From positions 89,342,001 to 89,406,000 of the forward strand of contig NW_027362767.1 of assembly GCF_046119375.1 (NCBI RefSeq): a stretch of DNA of 64,000 nucleotides, given 5' to 3'. This document shows positions 12,525 through 23,720 of the stretch, piece by piece. The position numbers and the translations under genes were made by a program. Under the pieces are notes generated by a model. That model was given only the letters and a program-made list of their open reading frames with translations. It was not told where the DNA came from and made no database searches. The DNA is from Phyllobates terribilis (Eukaryota). The first letter of the stretch is position 1. Every line of letters begins with the position of its first letter.

Positions 12525-14360
12525 TTATTATTTATTATTATAGCTCCATTTATTCCATGGCGTATACATAATAAAAAACAAGTGCAATAATCTTGAACAA
12601 AATGAGTCACTGACTGGTACAGGAGGAGAGAGGACCCTGCCTGCGAGGGCTCACAATCTACAAGGGATGGATGAGGATACAGTAGGTGAGGATAGAGCTG
12701 GTCGTGCAGCGGTGTGGTGGAACGAGAGGTGGGTCTTCAGGTTCCTTTCCTTTAGAGAGTTCCAGAGTAGGGGAGATACACGGGAGGAATCTTGTATGTG
12801 ATTATTGGAAGAGGAGATAACCGGGAAGTAAAGCAGGAGATCTTGTGAGGATCGGAGGTTGCGTGCAGGTAAGTACCGGGAGACTAGGTCACTGATGTAT
12901 GGAGGAGACAGGTTATGGATGGCTTTGTATGCCATGGTTAGGGTTTTAAACTGGAGTCTCTGGGTAATGAGAAGCCAGTCCAGGGATTGACAGAGGGGAG
13001 AAGCTGGGGAATAGCGGGGGGACAGGTGGATTAGTCAGGCTGCAGAGTTTAGGATAGATTGGAGGAGTGCGAGAGTGTTAGGCCTGTTTCACATGTCCAG
13101 ATTTTTCCAGCAACTGTGTGCCAGATCATAAGCACACATACCGGCGCCTGGGAATCAGTGTACAGTTAGCACTGTTCCCAAGCACCGGGTGCTGAACGCT
13201 GCCCTCATTATTGTCCCTTGGTCGCGCTGTGATCAGCACTTGCAAGGGACAGTATTGGGAGTAGTAGTCTGCTCCCGCTGTGTCCATGTGTAAAAATAAG
13301 AATAAAATAATAAAATCCTTATACTCTCCTGCCTGGAGATGTCCCCCGCTGTAATCCTCTGACCGCTGGAGCCAGGGAGAATGAACCGCTCCAGTGAGCG
13401 GGGCCCTGCACTGAGCGGAGCTCACTGAGTGACCGGACACCGCTCGCTGAGCTCAGGACAGCTCCAGGGTCCGCTTTCTAAAGCGGCTCATTCTCGGCGT
13501 CAGTGGATTACAGCGGGGGACATCTCCGGACAAGTGAGTACAAGGCTTTTATTTTATTCTTATTTTTACACACGGTCCGTGGAAAAACACTGAGATGTGC
13601 GCAGACCCATAGATTTGAATGGGTTTACGTGTGTCAATGTCTCCAGTTCGTGTGGAAACTGTCACCACACATACTGGACACTGACGTATGAAAGAGCCCT
13701 TAGAGGGGAGGCCACAGAGCTGGAGGTTGCAGTAGTTGAGGTGGGAGGTGATGAGGGCATGCACTAGTGTTTTTGCAGATTCTTGATTAATGAATGTGCG
13801 GATCCAGGAGATATTTATGAGTTCTTCAGCAGGAAGTGGAAAGGGCTTGGATATGAGGTTTGAAGGAGAGGTTAGAGTCCAGGGTTACCCCGAGGCAGCG
13901 AGTTTGTGTGACTGGGGACAGTGGGCAGCCATTGACTAGGTCAGATGGGGGGGGGTTGAGTGAGATAAGATGGGGCAAAGATGAAGAATTCTGTTTTATC
14001 CATGTTTAAGTTTTAGAAATCGAGCAAAGAAGGATGAGATGGCTGACAGGCATTGTGGGATTCTGGTTAGTAAGGAGGAAATATCGGGACCAGAGAGGTA
14101 GATCTGTGTGTCATCAGCATAGAGGTGATGCTGAAAGCCATGATACTCTATGAGCTGTCCCAGGCCAAAGGTGTAGATGGAGAAGAGCAGGGGTCCTAGA
14201 ACTGAACCTTGGGGGACACCGACAGATAGGGAGCGAGATGAGGAGGTGGTGCGTGAGTGGGAGACGCTGAATGTCCGGTCTGTTATGTATGAAGAGATCC
14301 AAGATAGGGCCAAGTCTGTGATGCCAAGGGATGAGAGAATTTGTAGTAAGATCCTTTCCG
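12525..14360 (-). mobile_element. 5'-truncated L2/CR1-clade LINE (RT C-terminus plus 3' UTR and TAA-rich tail)
   Basis: Minus-strand [44 protein letters not shown] and YKAIHNLSPPYISDL; 3' tail at about 12525-12545. Confidence 0.92.
13081..13699. mobile_element. PIF/Harbinger-type MITE nested in the L2 RT
   Basis: TTA TSD (13078-13080, 13700-13702); termini GGCCTGTTTCACA / TATGAAAGAGCCC; the L2 reading frame rejoins across it. Confidence 0.82.
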
Positions 14361-14657
14361 CTCCATTCATGCTTATGGGAGTACCGAAGACCAGCTGAGC
14401 ACTGCGCTACGCTATCTCCAGCAGACCCATAAAGAATGAATACAGCTGGTCAACCTTCACTCCATTCACATGAGAGCCCTGGTTTTTGAGATCGGTGGAG
14501 GTCCTAGCACTCAGACCCCCAATGATCAGATAGTTATCCCCTACCCATAGGGGAACCTGGAATTTCAATTGCATCTTAAACCTGAAGAATTTTTGCCGAA
14601 GAGGATTAAGGTGATCAAAAATAGCTCCAAGCCACTGCTACATGGCAGCATAGTGTA

Positions 14658-15275
14658 CAGTGCTGGCCAAAAGTATTGGCACCCCTGCAATTCTGTCAGA
14701 TAATACTCAGTTTCTTCCTGAAAATGTTTGCAATCACAAATTCTTTGGTATTATTATCTTCATTTAATTTGCTTGCAATGAAAAAACACAAAAGAGAATG
14801 AAGCAAAAATCAAATCATTGATCATTTCACACAAAACTCCAAAAAAGGGACGGACAAAAGTATTGGCACCCTCAGCCTAACACTCGGTTGCACAACCTTT
14901 AGCCAAAATAACTGCGAACAACCGCTTCCGGTAACCATCAATGAGTTTCTTACAATGCTCTGCTGGAATTGTAGACCATTCTTCTTTGGCAAACTGCTCC
15001 AGGTCCCTGATATTTGAAGGGTGCCTTCTCCAAACTGCCATTTTGAGATCTCTCCACAGGTGTTCTATGGGATTCAGGTCTGGACTCATTGCTGGCCACC
15101 TTAGAAGTCTCCAGTGCTTTCTCTCAAACCATTTTATAGTGCTTTTGGAAGTGTGTTTTGGGTCATTGTCCGGCTGGAAGACCCATGACCTCTGAGGGAG
15201 ATCCAGCTTTCTCACACTGGGCCCTACATTATGCTGCAAAATTTGTTGGTAGTCTTCAGACTTCATAATGCCATA
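14658..15275 (-). mobile_element. Truncated DD34E Tc1 element (3' TIR plus transposase C-terminus)
   Basis: TA|CAGTGCTGGCCAAAAGTATTGGCACCCC; minus-strand ORF with QPDNDPKH...[11 protein letters not shown] (34 residues between D and E) ending AKGCATEC*. Confidence 0.9.
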
Positions 15276-15627
15276 CACAGTTTTTGCAGCTTTTATGTCG
15301 TGGGCGCAATAATTTGTGAGATGCAAGGTAACTTCATTCACTACACTGTATCAGTCACTGAGCACCATCTTGGCGCATGCAACCTGTTTACAGCTAAAGT
15401 TGCCTTGGGCACGAGTTATATGCATACATCAAGTCTCGGACAGGTCACACAATAAAAAAAATTTGTGCTTTTAGCGCTGGTGTTTGCCGTAAAAACGGCT
15501 AATTGGCAGATAGTTGTTAAAACAGACGCAGATAACGTGAAATTTGCATTAAAGTCTTTGGATTCAGAGTCATATGCGACCTGCTGCAAAAAAAGTTCAA
15601 AGGTAATGGACTTGGCCTGTAACTTTA

Positions 15628-16002
15628 GGCTATGTGCCCACGTTGCAGAAATGAAGCAGAAAATTTCTGCTTCATTTCCGCATGTCCTCTCCCGGAAAAA
15701 AGCTTGCAGAATTTGGCAAGCGTTTTTCGCGCGTTTATGATGCGTTTGGGACATGCGGAATTGCCATGCGTTTTTTATTGCATTGACAAGGCAATTCCGC
15801 ATGCGTAAACGCAAAATTAATGGACATGCTGCGATTTTTGAGTGCATCAAAAACGCTGCGGAAAAATCCGCAGCATGGGCATTGAACTTGCGGATTCTCA
15901 TTGAGGACCATGGGGGGCGGATTACCTAGCGTTTCACAAGCGTTTACACTGCGGAAATTCCGCAGCATATGCGCTTGTAAAACGCTACGTGGGCACATAC
16001 CC
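15628..16002. mobile_element. PIF/Harbinger-type MITE, TIR family of 7501-8388
   Basis: TTA|GGCTATGTGCCCACG ... CGTGGGCACATACCC|ATA. Confidence 0.78.
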
Positions 16003-16281
16003 ATAAAGGGAATATGTCAGCAGATTTTTGCTATGTAATCTGACAGCAGCACGATGTAGGGGCAGAGACTCTGATTCCAGCGATGTATCACTTAGTTTAC
16101 TGGATGCAGCAGTTACGATAGTTTTCTCTGTTGCAGATCTAGCAGAGCCCTGAATGCTGAGCCCTGTATAACCTCGCCCACACCACTGATTGGCAGCTTA
16201 CTGTGCATTGACAGAGTACCCGAACATGAACCCGAACCCCATTGAAATGTATAGGGACCCGAATTTCGAAGCTGGAAAATG

Positions 16282-19115
16282 CTCTCTCGCCCCCCTCTCT
16301 CTCGCCCCCCTCTCTCTCGCCCCCCTCTCTCTCGCCCCCCTCTCTCTCGCCCCCCCTCTCTCTCGCCCGCCCTCTCTCTCGCCCGCCCTCTCTCTCGCCC
16401 CCCCTCTCTCTCGCCCCCCCTCTCTCTCGCCCCCCCTCTCTCTCGCCCCCCTCTCTCTCGCCCCCCTCTCTCTCGCCCCCCCTCTCTCTCGCCCCCCCTC
16501 TCTCTCGCCCCCCTCTCTCTCGCCCCCCTCTCTCTCGCCCCCCTCTCTCTCGCCCCCCTCTCTCTCGCCCCCCTCTCTCTCGCCCCCCTCTCTCTCGCCC
16601 CCCTCTCTCTCGCCCCCCTCTCTCTCGCCCCCCTCTCTCTCGCCCCCCTCTCTCTCGCCCCCCTCTCTCTCGCCCCCCTCTCTCTCTCTTTCTCTCTCTA
16701 TTTCCCCCCGCTCTCTCTTTCTCTTCCCCCCCGCTCTCTCTTTCTCTTCCCCTTCTCTCTCCCCTTCTCTCTCTCTCTTCCCCCTTCTCTCTCTCGCTCT
16801 TCCCCCTTCTCTCTCTCGCTCTTCCCCCTTCTCTCTCTCGCTCTTCCCCCTTCTCTCTCTCGCTCTTCCCCCTTCTCTCTCTCGCTCTTCCCCCTTCTCT
16901 CTCTCGCTCTTCCNNNNNNNNNNNNNNNNNNNNNNNNNNNNNNNNNNNNNNNNNNNNNNNNNNNNNNNNNNNNNNNNNNNNNNNNNNNNNNNNNNNNNNN
17001 NNNNNNNNNNNNNNNNNNNNNNNNNNNNNNNNNNNNNNNNNNNNNNNNNNNNNNNNNNNNNNNNNNNNNNNNNNNNNNNNNNNNNNNNNNNNNNNNNNNN
17101 NNNNNNNNNNNNNNNNNNNNNNNNNNNNNNNNNNNNNNNNNNNNNNNNNNNNNNNNNNNNNNNNNNNNNNNNNNNNNNNNNNNNNNNNNNNNNNNNNNNN
17201 NNNNNNNNNNNNNNNNNNNNNNNNNNNNNNNNNNNNNNNNNNNNNNNNNNNNNNNNNNNNNNNNNNNNNNNNNNNNNNNNNNNNNNNNNNNNNNNNNNNN
17301 NNNNNNNNNNNNNNNNNNNNNNNNNNNNNNNNNNNNNNNNNNNNNNNNNNNNNTCTCTCTCGCTCGCTCTTCCCCCTTCTCTCTCTCGCTCGCTCTTCCC
17401 CCTTCTCTCTCTCGCTCGCTCTTCCCCCTTCTCTCTCTCTCGCTCGCTCTTCCCCCTTCTCTCTCTCTCGCTCGCTCTTCCCCCTTCTCTCTCTCTCGCT
17501 CGCTCTTCCCCCTTCTCTCTCTCGCTCGCTCTTCCCCCTTCTCTCTCTCTCGCTCGCTCTTCCCCCTTCTCTCTCTCTCGCTCGCTCTTCCCCCTTCTCT
17601 CTCTCTCGCTCGCTCTTCCCCCTTCTCTCTCTCGCTCGCTCTTCCCCTTCTCTCTCTCTCGCTCGCTCTTCCCCCTTCTCTCTCTCTCGCTCGCTCTTCC
17701 CCCTTCTCTCTCTCTCGCTCGCTCTTCCCCCTTCTCTCTCTCGCTCGCTCGCTCTTCCCCTTCTCTCTCTCGCTCGCTCTTCCCCCTTCTCTCTCTCGCT
17801 CGCTCTTCCCCCTTCTCTCTCGCTCGCTCTTCCCCCTTCTCTCTCTCGCTCTTCCCCCTTCTCTCTCGCTCTTCCCCCTTCTCTCTCGCTCTTCCCCCTT
17901 CTCTCTCGCTCTTCCCCCTTCTCTCTCGCTCTTCCCCCTTCTCTCTCGCTCTTCCCCCTTCTCTCTCGCTCTTCCCCCTTCTCTCTCGCTCTTCCCCCTT
18001 CTCTCTCGCTCTTCCCCCTTCTCTCTCGCTCTTCCCCCTTCTCTCTCGCTCTTCCCCCTTCTCTCTCGCTCTTNNNNNNNNNNNNNNNNNNNNNNNNNNN
18101 NNNNNNNNNNNNNNNNNNNNNNNNNNNNNNNNNNNNNNNNNNNNNNNNNNNNNNNNNNNNNNNNNNNNNNNNNNNNNNNNNNNNNNNNNNNNNNNNNNNN
18201 NNNNNNNNNNNNNNNNNNNNNNNNNNNNNNNNNNNNNNNNNNNNNNNNNNNNNNNNNNNNNNNNNNNNNNNNNNNNNNNNNNNNNNNNNNNNNNNNNNNN
18301 NNNNNNNNNNNNNNNNNNNNNNNNNNNNNNNNNNNNNNNNNNNNNNNNNNNNNNNNNNNNNNNNNNNNNNNNNNNNNNNNNNNNNGCTCTTCCCCTTCTC
18401 TCTCTCTCGCTCTTCTCTCTCTCTCGCTCTTCTCTCTCTCGCTCTTCTCTCTCTCGCTCTCTCGCTCTTCCCCCTTCTCGCTCTCTCGCTCTTCCCCCTT
18501 CTCGCTCTCTCGCTCTTCCCCCTTCTCTCTCTCTCTCGCTCTCTCGCTCTTCTCTCTCTCGCTCTCTCGCTCTTCCCCCTTCTCTCTCTCGCTCTTCCCC
18601 CTTCTCTCTCTCGCTCTTCCCCCTTCTCTCTCTCGCTCTTCCCTCTTCTCTCTCTCGCTCTTCCCCCTTCTCTCTCTCGCTCTTCCCCCTTCTCTCTCTC
18701 TCGCTCTTCTCTCTCTCGCTCTTCCCCCTTCTCTCTCGCTCTTCCCCCTTCTCTCTCTCGCTCTTCCCCCTTCTGTCTCTCGCTCTTCCCTCTTCTCTCT
18801 CTCGCTCTTCCCTCTTCTCTCTCTCGCTCTTCCCTCTTCTCTCTCTCGCTCTTCCCCCTTCTCTCTCGCTCTTCCCCCTTCTCTCTCGCTCTTCCCCCTT
18901 CTCTCTCGCTCTTCCCCCTTCTCTCTCGCTCTTCCCCCTTCTCTCTCGCTCTTCCCCCTTCTCTCTCGCTCTTCCCCCTTCTCTCTCGCTCTTCCCCCTT
19001 CTCTCTCGCTCTTCCCCCTTCTCTCTCGCTCTTCCCCCTTCTCTCTCGCTCTTCCCCCTTCTCTCTCGCTCTTCTGTCTCGCTCTTCCCCCTTCTCTCTC
19101 GCTCTCTCTCTCTCC
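16282..19115. repeat. CT/GA-rich compound minisatellite with two N gaps (16914-17353, 18074-18385)
   Basis: Units CTCTCTCTCGCCCCC (about 14-15 bp), then CTCTCTCTCGCTCGCTCTTCCCCCTT-type (about 26-28 bp), then CTCTCTCGCTCTTCCCCCTT (20 bp). Confidence 0.97.
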
Positions 19116-19134
19116 CAAACTTCCCCCTGAACTT

Positions 19135-19225
19135 GTGAGCCCCAATGGGGACAGTGCCGATAATGTCTGTAAAGCGCTGTGGAATTAATAACGCTATATA
19201 AGTGAGTAAAATAAATAAAAATAAG
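19135..19225 (+). mobile_element. 3' tail fragment of V-SINE
   Basis: gtgagccccaatggggacagtg...aagcgctgtggaattaat..ctatataagtgagtaaaataaataaa matches the reverse complement of 26987-27080. Confidence 0.8.
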
Positions 19226-19477
19226 CTCCGAACATTAGAACGGACTTCCGGGAATAGTCCATGTTCGGAGTTTAGCACCAGACACTGAGTATCCTGTACG
19301 AACTTTGAAGTTTGGGTTCGCTCATCTGTAGTCCTACTGTTTCCACTACAGTTACACATGTGCATTGATGTATTTTTCTGTATACAATGTCACCCATTTT
19401 CCTCTCGTGCTTCCGATTTAAGTCTGGTAGAAATACCATCCATGACTAATGAGAGATTGTTCTGCTGTTTGTTTCAG

Positions 19478-19588
19478 TTTCCCAACAAAGTGGTGGCACA
19501 AGTAGCGTGCAGCGTTCTGAATGTTCTCCTTAACTATGTCCCACAGCTGCAAATTTACCACCCGGACTACCCACTGAAAATCATAGAG
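19478..19588 (+). CDS. ralgapa1: RalGAP alpha-1 internal exon
   Basis: tttcag|...GAG|gtggg; 111 nt, FPNKVVAQVACSVLNVLLNYVPQLQIYHPDYPLKIIE. Confidence 0.93.
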
Positions 19589-20119
19589 GTGGGTCACATT
19601 TTTGGCTTATGGCGTGATGCACAAGATTTTCTGGTCTGTTATTTAACCATTGGACAGTCACATTTATTTTTTACAATGGTTCTAGAAAAAATATGGGCTG
19701 CCGTTTCCAGGGACTTTAATAGGAATCGGTAATCCTGGGTCTTAGGAGTATTAGCTTTGTTTGAGATAAAATGCTATTATATTGGATCCATATGATGATG
19801 TAACCATTTGTTATAGTTATATTGTAAAGAGACGGTTCACTTAAAGGGTTATTTCCAATTCAGCCTTTCATTGCTGAAATAGGAAAAAATGCTTTCCGAT
19901 CCCGGACATCGGAACTACTTTGGCTCCGAAAACAGCCGAGTACAGTTACGCTGCATTGTTTGTGTACTTTCCATAGAAGTAAAGGGAACTTGTGGAAAAA
20001 AAAAGAGTAACAAAATGTGCCTCCCAAGTTGCAGAAACTGCTTTTCTTGCTGTTCACTGTAGCTGGCGTAACTCCTATAGAAGTCCCACAGAAATGCAGA
20101 GATGGGAGAAACCCTTTAA

Positions 20120-20521
20120 AGAGGATCTGTCACTAGATTTTTTTTTATTTAAACTGAGTGCATCCTCCAGTTGTCGCTGCTCCTCTGATTCCGGAACAGT
20201 TTTTCTTTTTCTTCTACTCCTCTCCGTTCCAAAGTTATACCCCCTTGTAATAATCTTGAAATAACTGGGCATAAACCAAAGAACCTCTCTGTGGTCGTGG
20301 CCGTGTTTTGATTGGCCAGCATCAGAGGAGAAAAAGCACACGCCCACAGAGAAATTCTGTGGTACACGCCCAGTTGCTTGATGGAAAAATTTGCTGCTTT
20401 ATTTCCGGGGGGGCATAACTTTAGAACTGAGGGGGCACAGAAGAAAAAGAAAAACTGCTTCAGAATCAGTGGGACATTGGCAATTGGAGGAGATGCTCAG
20501 TTTAAATAGTGAAAGATTCTC
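20120..20521. mobile_element. T2/Kolobok-type fold-back MITE; second copy at about 21357-21740 next to the N gap 21147-21329
   Basis: TTAA|AGAGGATCTGTCAC ... GTGAAAGATTCTC|TTAA; inverted internal arms. Confidence 0.75.
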
Positions 20522-20864
20522 TTAAACGCGTTTTCCATTACGTTAAGACACTTGCCACTTTTTGATCAGTAGGATTCTGACTTCTGGAAATTCTGCAATT
20601 CCTAATATTATAGGGACTGCAGACCTGATGTAGTTATTGTTGTAGTTTTGACGGTAGAGAGACTCTCTGTGCAGGGAAAGACAGTGAAGGAGGAGCAAAA
20701 CGTATGGACTTCATTGTCAGAATTAATTTGAATCCTAGAATTTGGACCCCCGCCGATCATAAAATGAAGGCCTATCCTAGCAATACCGCTACGTTTTTTT
20801 AGATGTGAAATGGCGCTAAGAGACGTGAACTCGTTTAAAGCTTTTTCTCTCCTGTCTGCTGCAG

Positions 20865-20933
20865 ATCCTTCTCGCCACTGTGACGCATCTGTTGCCAACT
20901 GCTGAGACCTCATCTTATGAGCAAGATAAACGA
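20865..20933 (+). CDS. ralgapa1: RalGAP alpha-1 internal exon
   Basis: ctgcag|...CGA|gtaagt; 69 nt, ILLATVTHLLPTAETSSYEQDKR. Confidence 0.93.
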
Positions 20934-21885
20934 GTAAGTCGCAAGAAATAACCGGTGTCCGGATTCATTCCTTTAAATGTGCACCCAAACCCAGGAGAAC
21001 CAAATCTAAAAAAGTGCTAATAGTTTATTTTAACTTGTTAAACTCACCTGTAGACATGAAATAATTATCACATTTGAAGTGAACCGCCATATGTTGAGAT
21101 TTGCCACATTGCCTTTTAAAATGTTCTTGCTCCTCTGCAACTGATTNNNNNNNNNNNNNNNNNNNNNNNNNNNNNNNNNNNNNNNNNNNNNNNNNNNNNN
21201 NNNNNNNNNNNNNNNNNNNNNNNNNNNNNNNNNNNNNNNNNNNNNNNNNNNNNNNNNNNNNNNNNNNNNNNNNNNNNNNNNNNNNNNNNNNNNNNNNNNN
21301 NNNNNNNNNNNNNNNNNNNNNNNNNNNNNTGGATTTTTAAAATTTTAATTTAATTTTAACCTTTGCCAATTGCGAGTTCTCCACAGTTTCTGGAAGCGTT
21401 TTTCTTTTTCTTCTACGCCCCTCCATTCCAAAGTTATTGCAATTGGTAATAAAGATGTAGATTTTCCCTTCAAGCAACTGGGCGTGTACCACAGACCTTC
21501 TCTGTGGGCGTGGCCACGTATTGATTGGCCAGCATCAGAGAAGAGAAAAAGCACACGCCCACCGAGCAGTTCTGTTGTACACGCCCAGTTGTTTGAAGGG
21601 AAAATCTGCACCATTATTACCAGAGGGTATAACTTTGGAACGGAGGGACGCAGAAGAAAAAGAAAAACTGTTCCCGAATCAGCGGAGCAGCAACAATTGG
21701 AAAAGGTACTCAGTTTAAATTTAGTGATGGGTCCTCATTAGAGAGGACATGTCTTTTTAGTAATTAATGCTTGTATTCCCCATCTTTTCTTATTGCTGGA
21801 TGCCACTAGCCACAGCCGTAGGTGTATATTACAGACTGATGTATGGTATATATAGTCATGTAATGCTGTAATCATTGTCTTCCAG

Positions 21886-22020
21886 CTGATAGTCTCTCTC
21901 CTGCTCTCGCTTCTGGAATGGATGATGGCGTTGCCACTCTCAGTATTATTGAAGCCGGTGCGACATGCTGGAAGTGAAAACCAAGGGAGGGAAAATTCAG
22001 TATTGCACTCTGCCTATAAG
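21886..22020 (+). CDS. ralgapa1: RalGAP alpha-1 internal exon
   Basis: ttccag|...AAG|gtaatg; 135 nt, LIVSLLLSLLEWMMALPLSVLLKPVRHAGSENQGRENSVLHSAYK. Confidence 0.93.
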
Positions 22021-23720
22021 GTAATGTACAATCACTGACTGCTTCATTATGTGTAATGGCTTTAGGGTCCATTCACACAGAGGCTTTTTCTCCACTGTCT
22101 TGTGTGACTAATCTCTGTTGTAGGAGTAACATTGTTGGTGACATTTACCAAAATCGAATCCACACAGCAGCGAAAATGCGTGGACCGGCGCTGCTTGTCC
22201 AGTAATGTTGTGGATATCATTGATGACTTTACCCAATATTGTGCTGCATGACCACAATAGGAGCTGCAGCTGTTTTCCAGATTTCTCTGAATTGTTTGTG
22301 TCCATGTAACTTCGTTCAGCCTGTTGTATGGTCAGAGTTACAAAATGCTGGATTCCTGTTTAATGGAGGAAGCTGCAGCCTGTAAGTTCTTTGTCAGGAT
22401 CGCTAATTATTTGTGTGGCTACATAGTTTGATATTTGGCTAATATAAAAAAAAAAAAGCATACAGCAGCGCTCTGTAAGACATAAGATGTATGCAACACT
22501 GAATATATAAAGCCAGGGACGTGGTCTGGCTGGACATGTAGCAGGACACTCGCAGTAACAGCTCCTCGATACATGTTCTATAATCCTTCTTACCCGTAGA
22601 GCAAATACATTTCGGTCCTCAACCGACAGAGTGGAAGTAGCTGATCACCGGGAGCCCAAATCCACCGGTCCTTGATAAGACGCGATAGGATAGAAGGCTT
22701 AAACAATCCGAGGCCCAGACAGTGCAGCGAAAGAAGGGGCAGTGGCGGGCTCTGCTAAGACAGCGATTGACGAGGAGCAGGGTGGGAACCCAGACAATAC
22801 TTCACTCGGACAGTGCGTGCACACATTCATGGCGTACTCCAGATAAATGGGACCGAAGGCGACTCATGCTCAAATTAACCTCTGACGGTCTTCAGACAAA
22901 TGGCGCCGGTGGCTGCACATGCACAGTTTGGGGTCCCGGCTCAATGACAAGCCGAGATCTTGTTCTGCGCATGCACCACCATTTTGCTGGAGACTTTAGA
23001 GTTAATCTGAGCATGCGATGCTTCTGGTGCCATTTTGCTGGAGACCGCCGGAGATTAATCTAAGCATGCAACGCCTCTGGTGCCATTTTGCTGAAGAATG
23101 ATGGGACATGAATGCAAGGTCCTTCCGATAGGCAGCGCTAGGGCTAGATTTAAAAGAGGGGGCTGATACAAATGCGGAGGGGCCACAGTAGAGACAAAGA
23201 CTCTGCCCAAGTCCCGTCCTGATGCCCGAAGAGGCTATTGCACCAAAACTTCTAAGGTGAATTAAACAAGAACCAGGCTATGAATGTTTTCACTACAGGT
23301 ATCCATTAAATCAGTACAACAGGGCGATCATGGACATACCTTTACTTCAGCAGGTTAAATCATGATGACAGGTTCTGTATGGTTTTCTTGGGATGTAATT
23401 CTGTACCTATTTATGGCATCTTGTATTTTCTGCTCCGCACCCGGTGGGTGATATATCCGAGCCTCAGGTATTACTATTGTTCAGGTTGTTTGTGGTAGGA
23501 AGGGGAGTTCTGCTTTGTTAGGGCTCCCACCAACAGTATGTTGCAAGGACTGACCAGCACTTCTGAGCAGAATAAAGCCAAGTATGAACAGGTGCCAGCT
23601 AGTTGGCACTTAGCGATGATATGGCAGGTATAGTTTTGGAACACAAGCTTATGCTTGCAAAAATGTCATGTTACATCTCACACAGGGGGTTATCTCCAAA
23701 CAGTTTCTTTACCGCATATA

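Larger units (their letters stand above)
16215..19330. mobile_element. Partial hAT-type MITE enclosing the CT-rich array
   Basis: Right end GTTCGCTCATCTGTA (19316-19330) resembles the recalled TAGAGATGAGCGAAC terminus; CGAAC/GTTCG subterminal motifs on both sides of the array; left TIR missing. Confidence 0.5.

Noticed and set aside
16190-19365. 800-1050-aa ORFs (S/L/P/R-rich or E/R/G-rich)
   Set aside because: Translations of a CT/GA repeat lacking stop codons; they run through N gaps, are open in most frames, and are intronic.
21147-21329. N run (also 16914-17353 and 18074-18385) as a possible hiding place for an exon
   Set aside because: The exon chain is in frame and collinear with the recalled protein across these gaps; the gaps lie in repeats.
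22960-23100. About 2.5 copies of a ~52-bp unit (ccattttgctggagac) and a short G-rich ~20-bp repeat at 25880-25940
   Set aside because: Small local duplications within unclassified repeat-like DNA; no boundaries or function can be supported.
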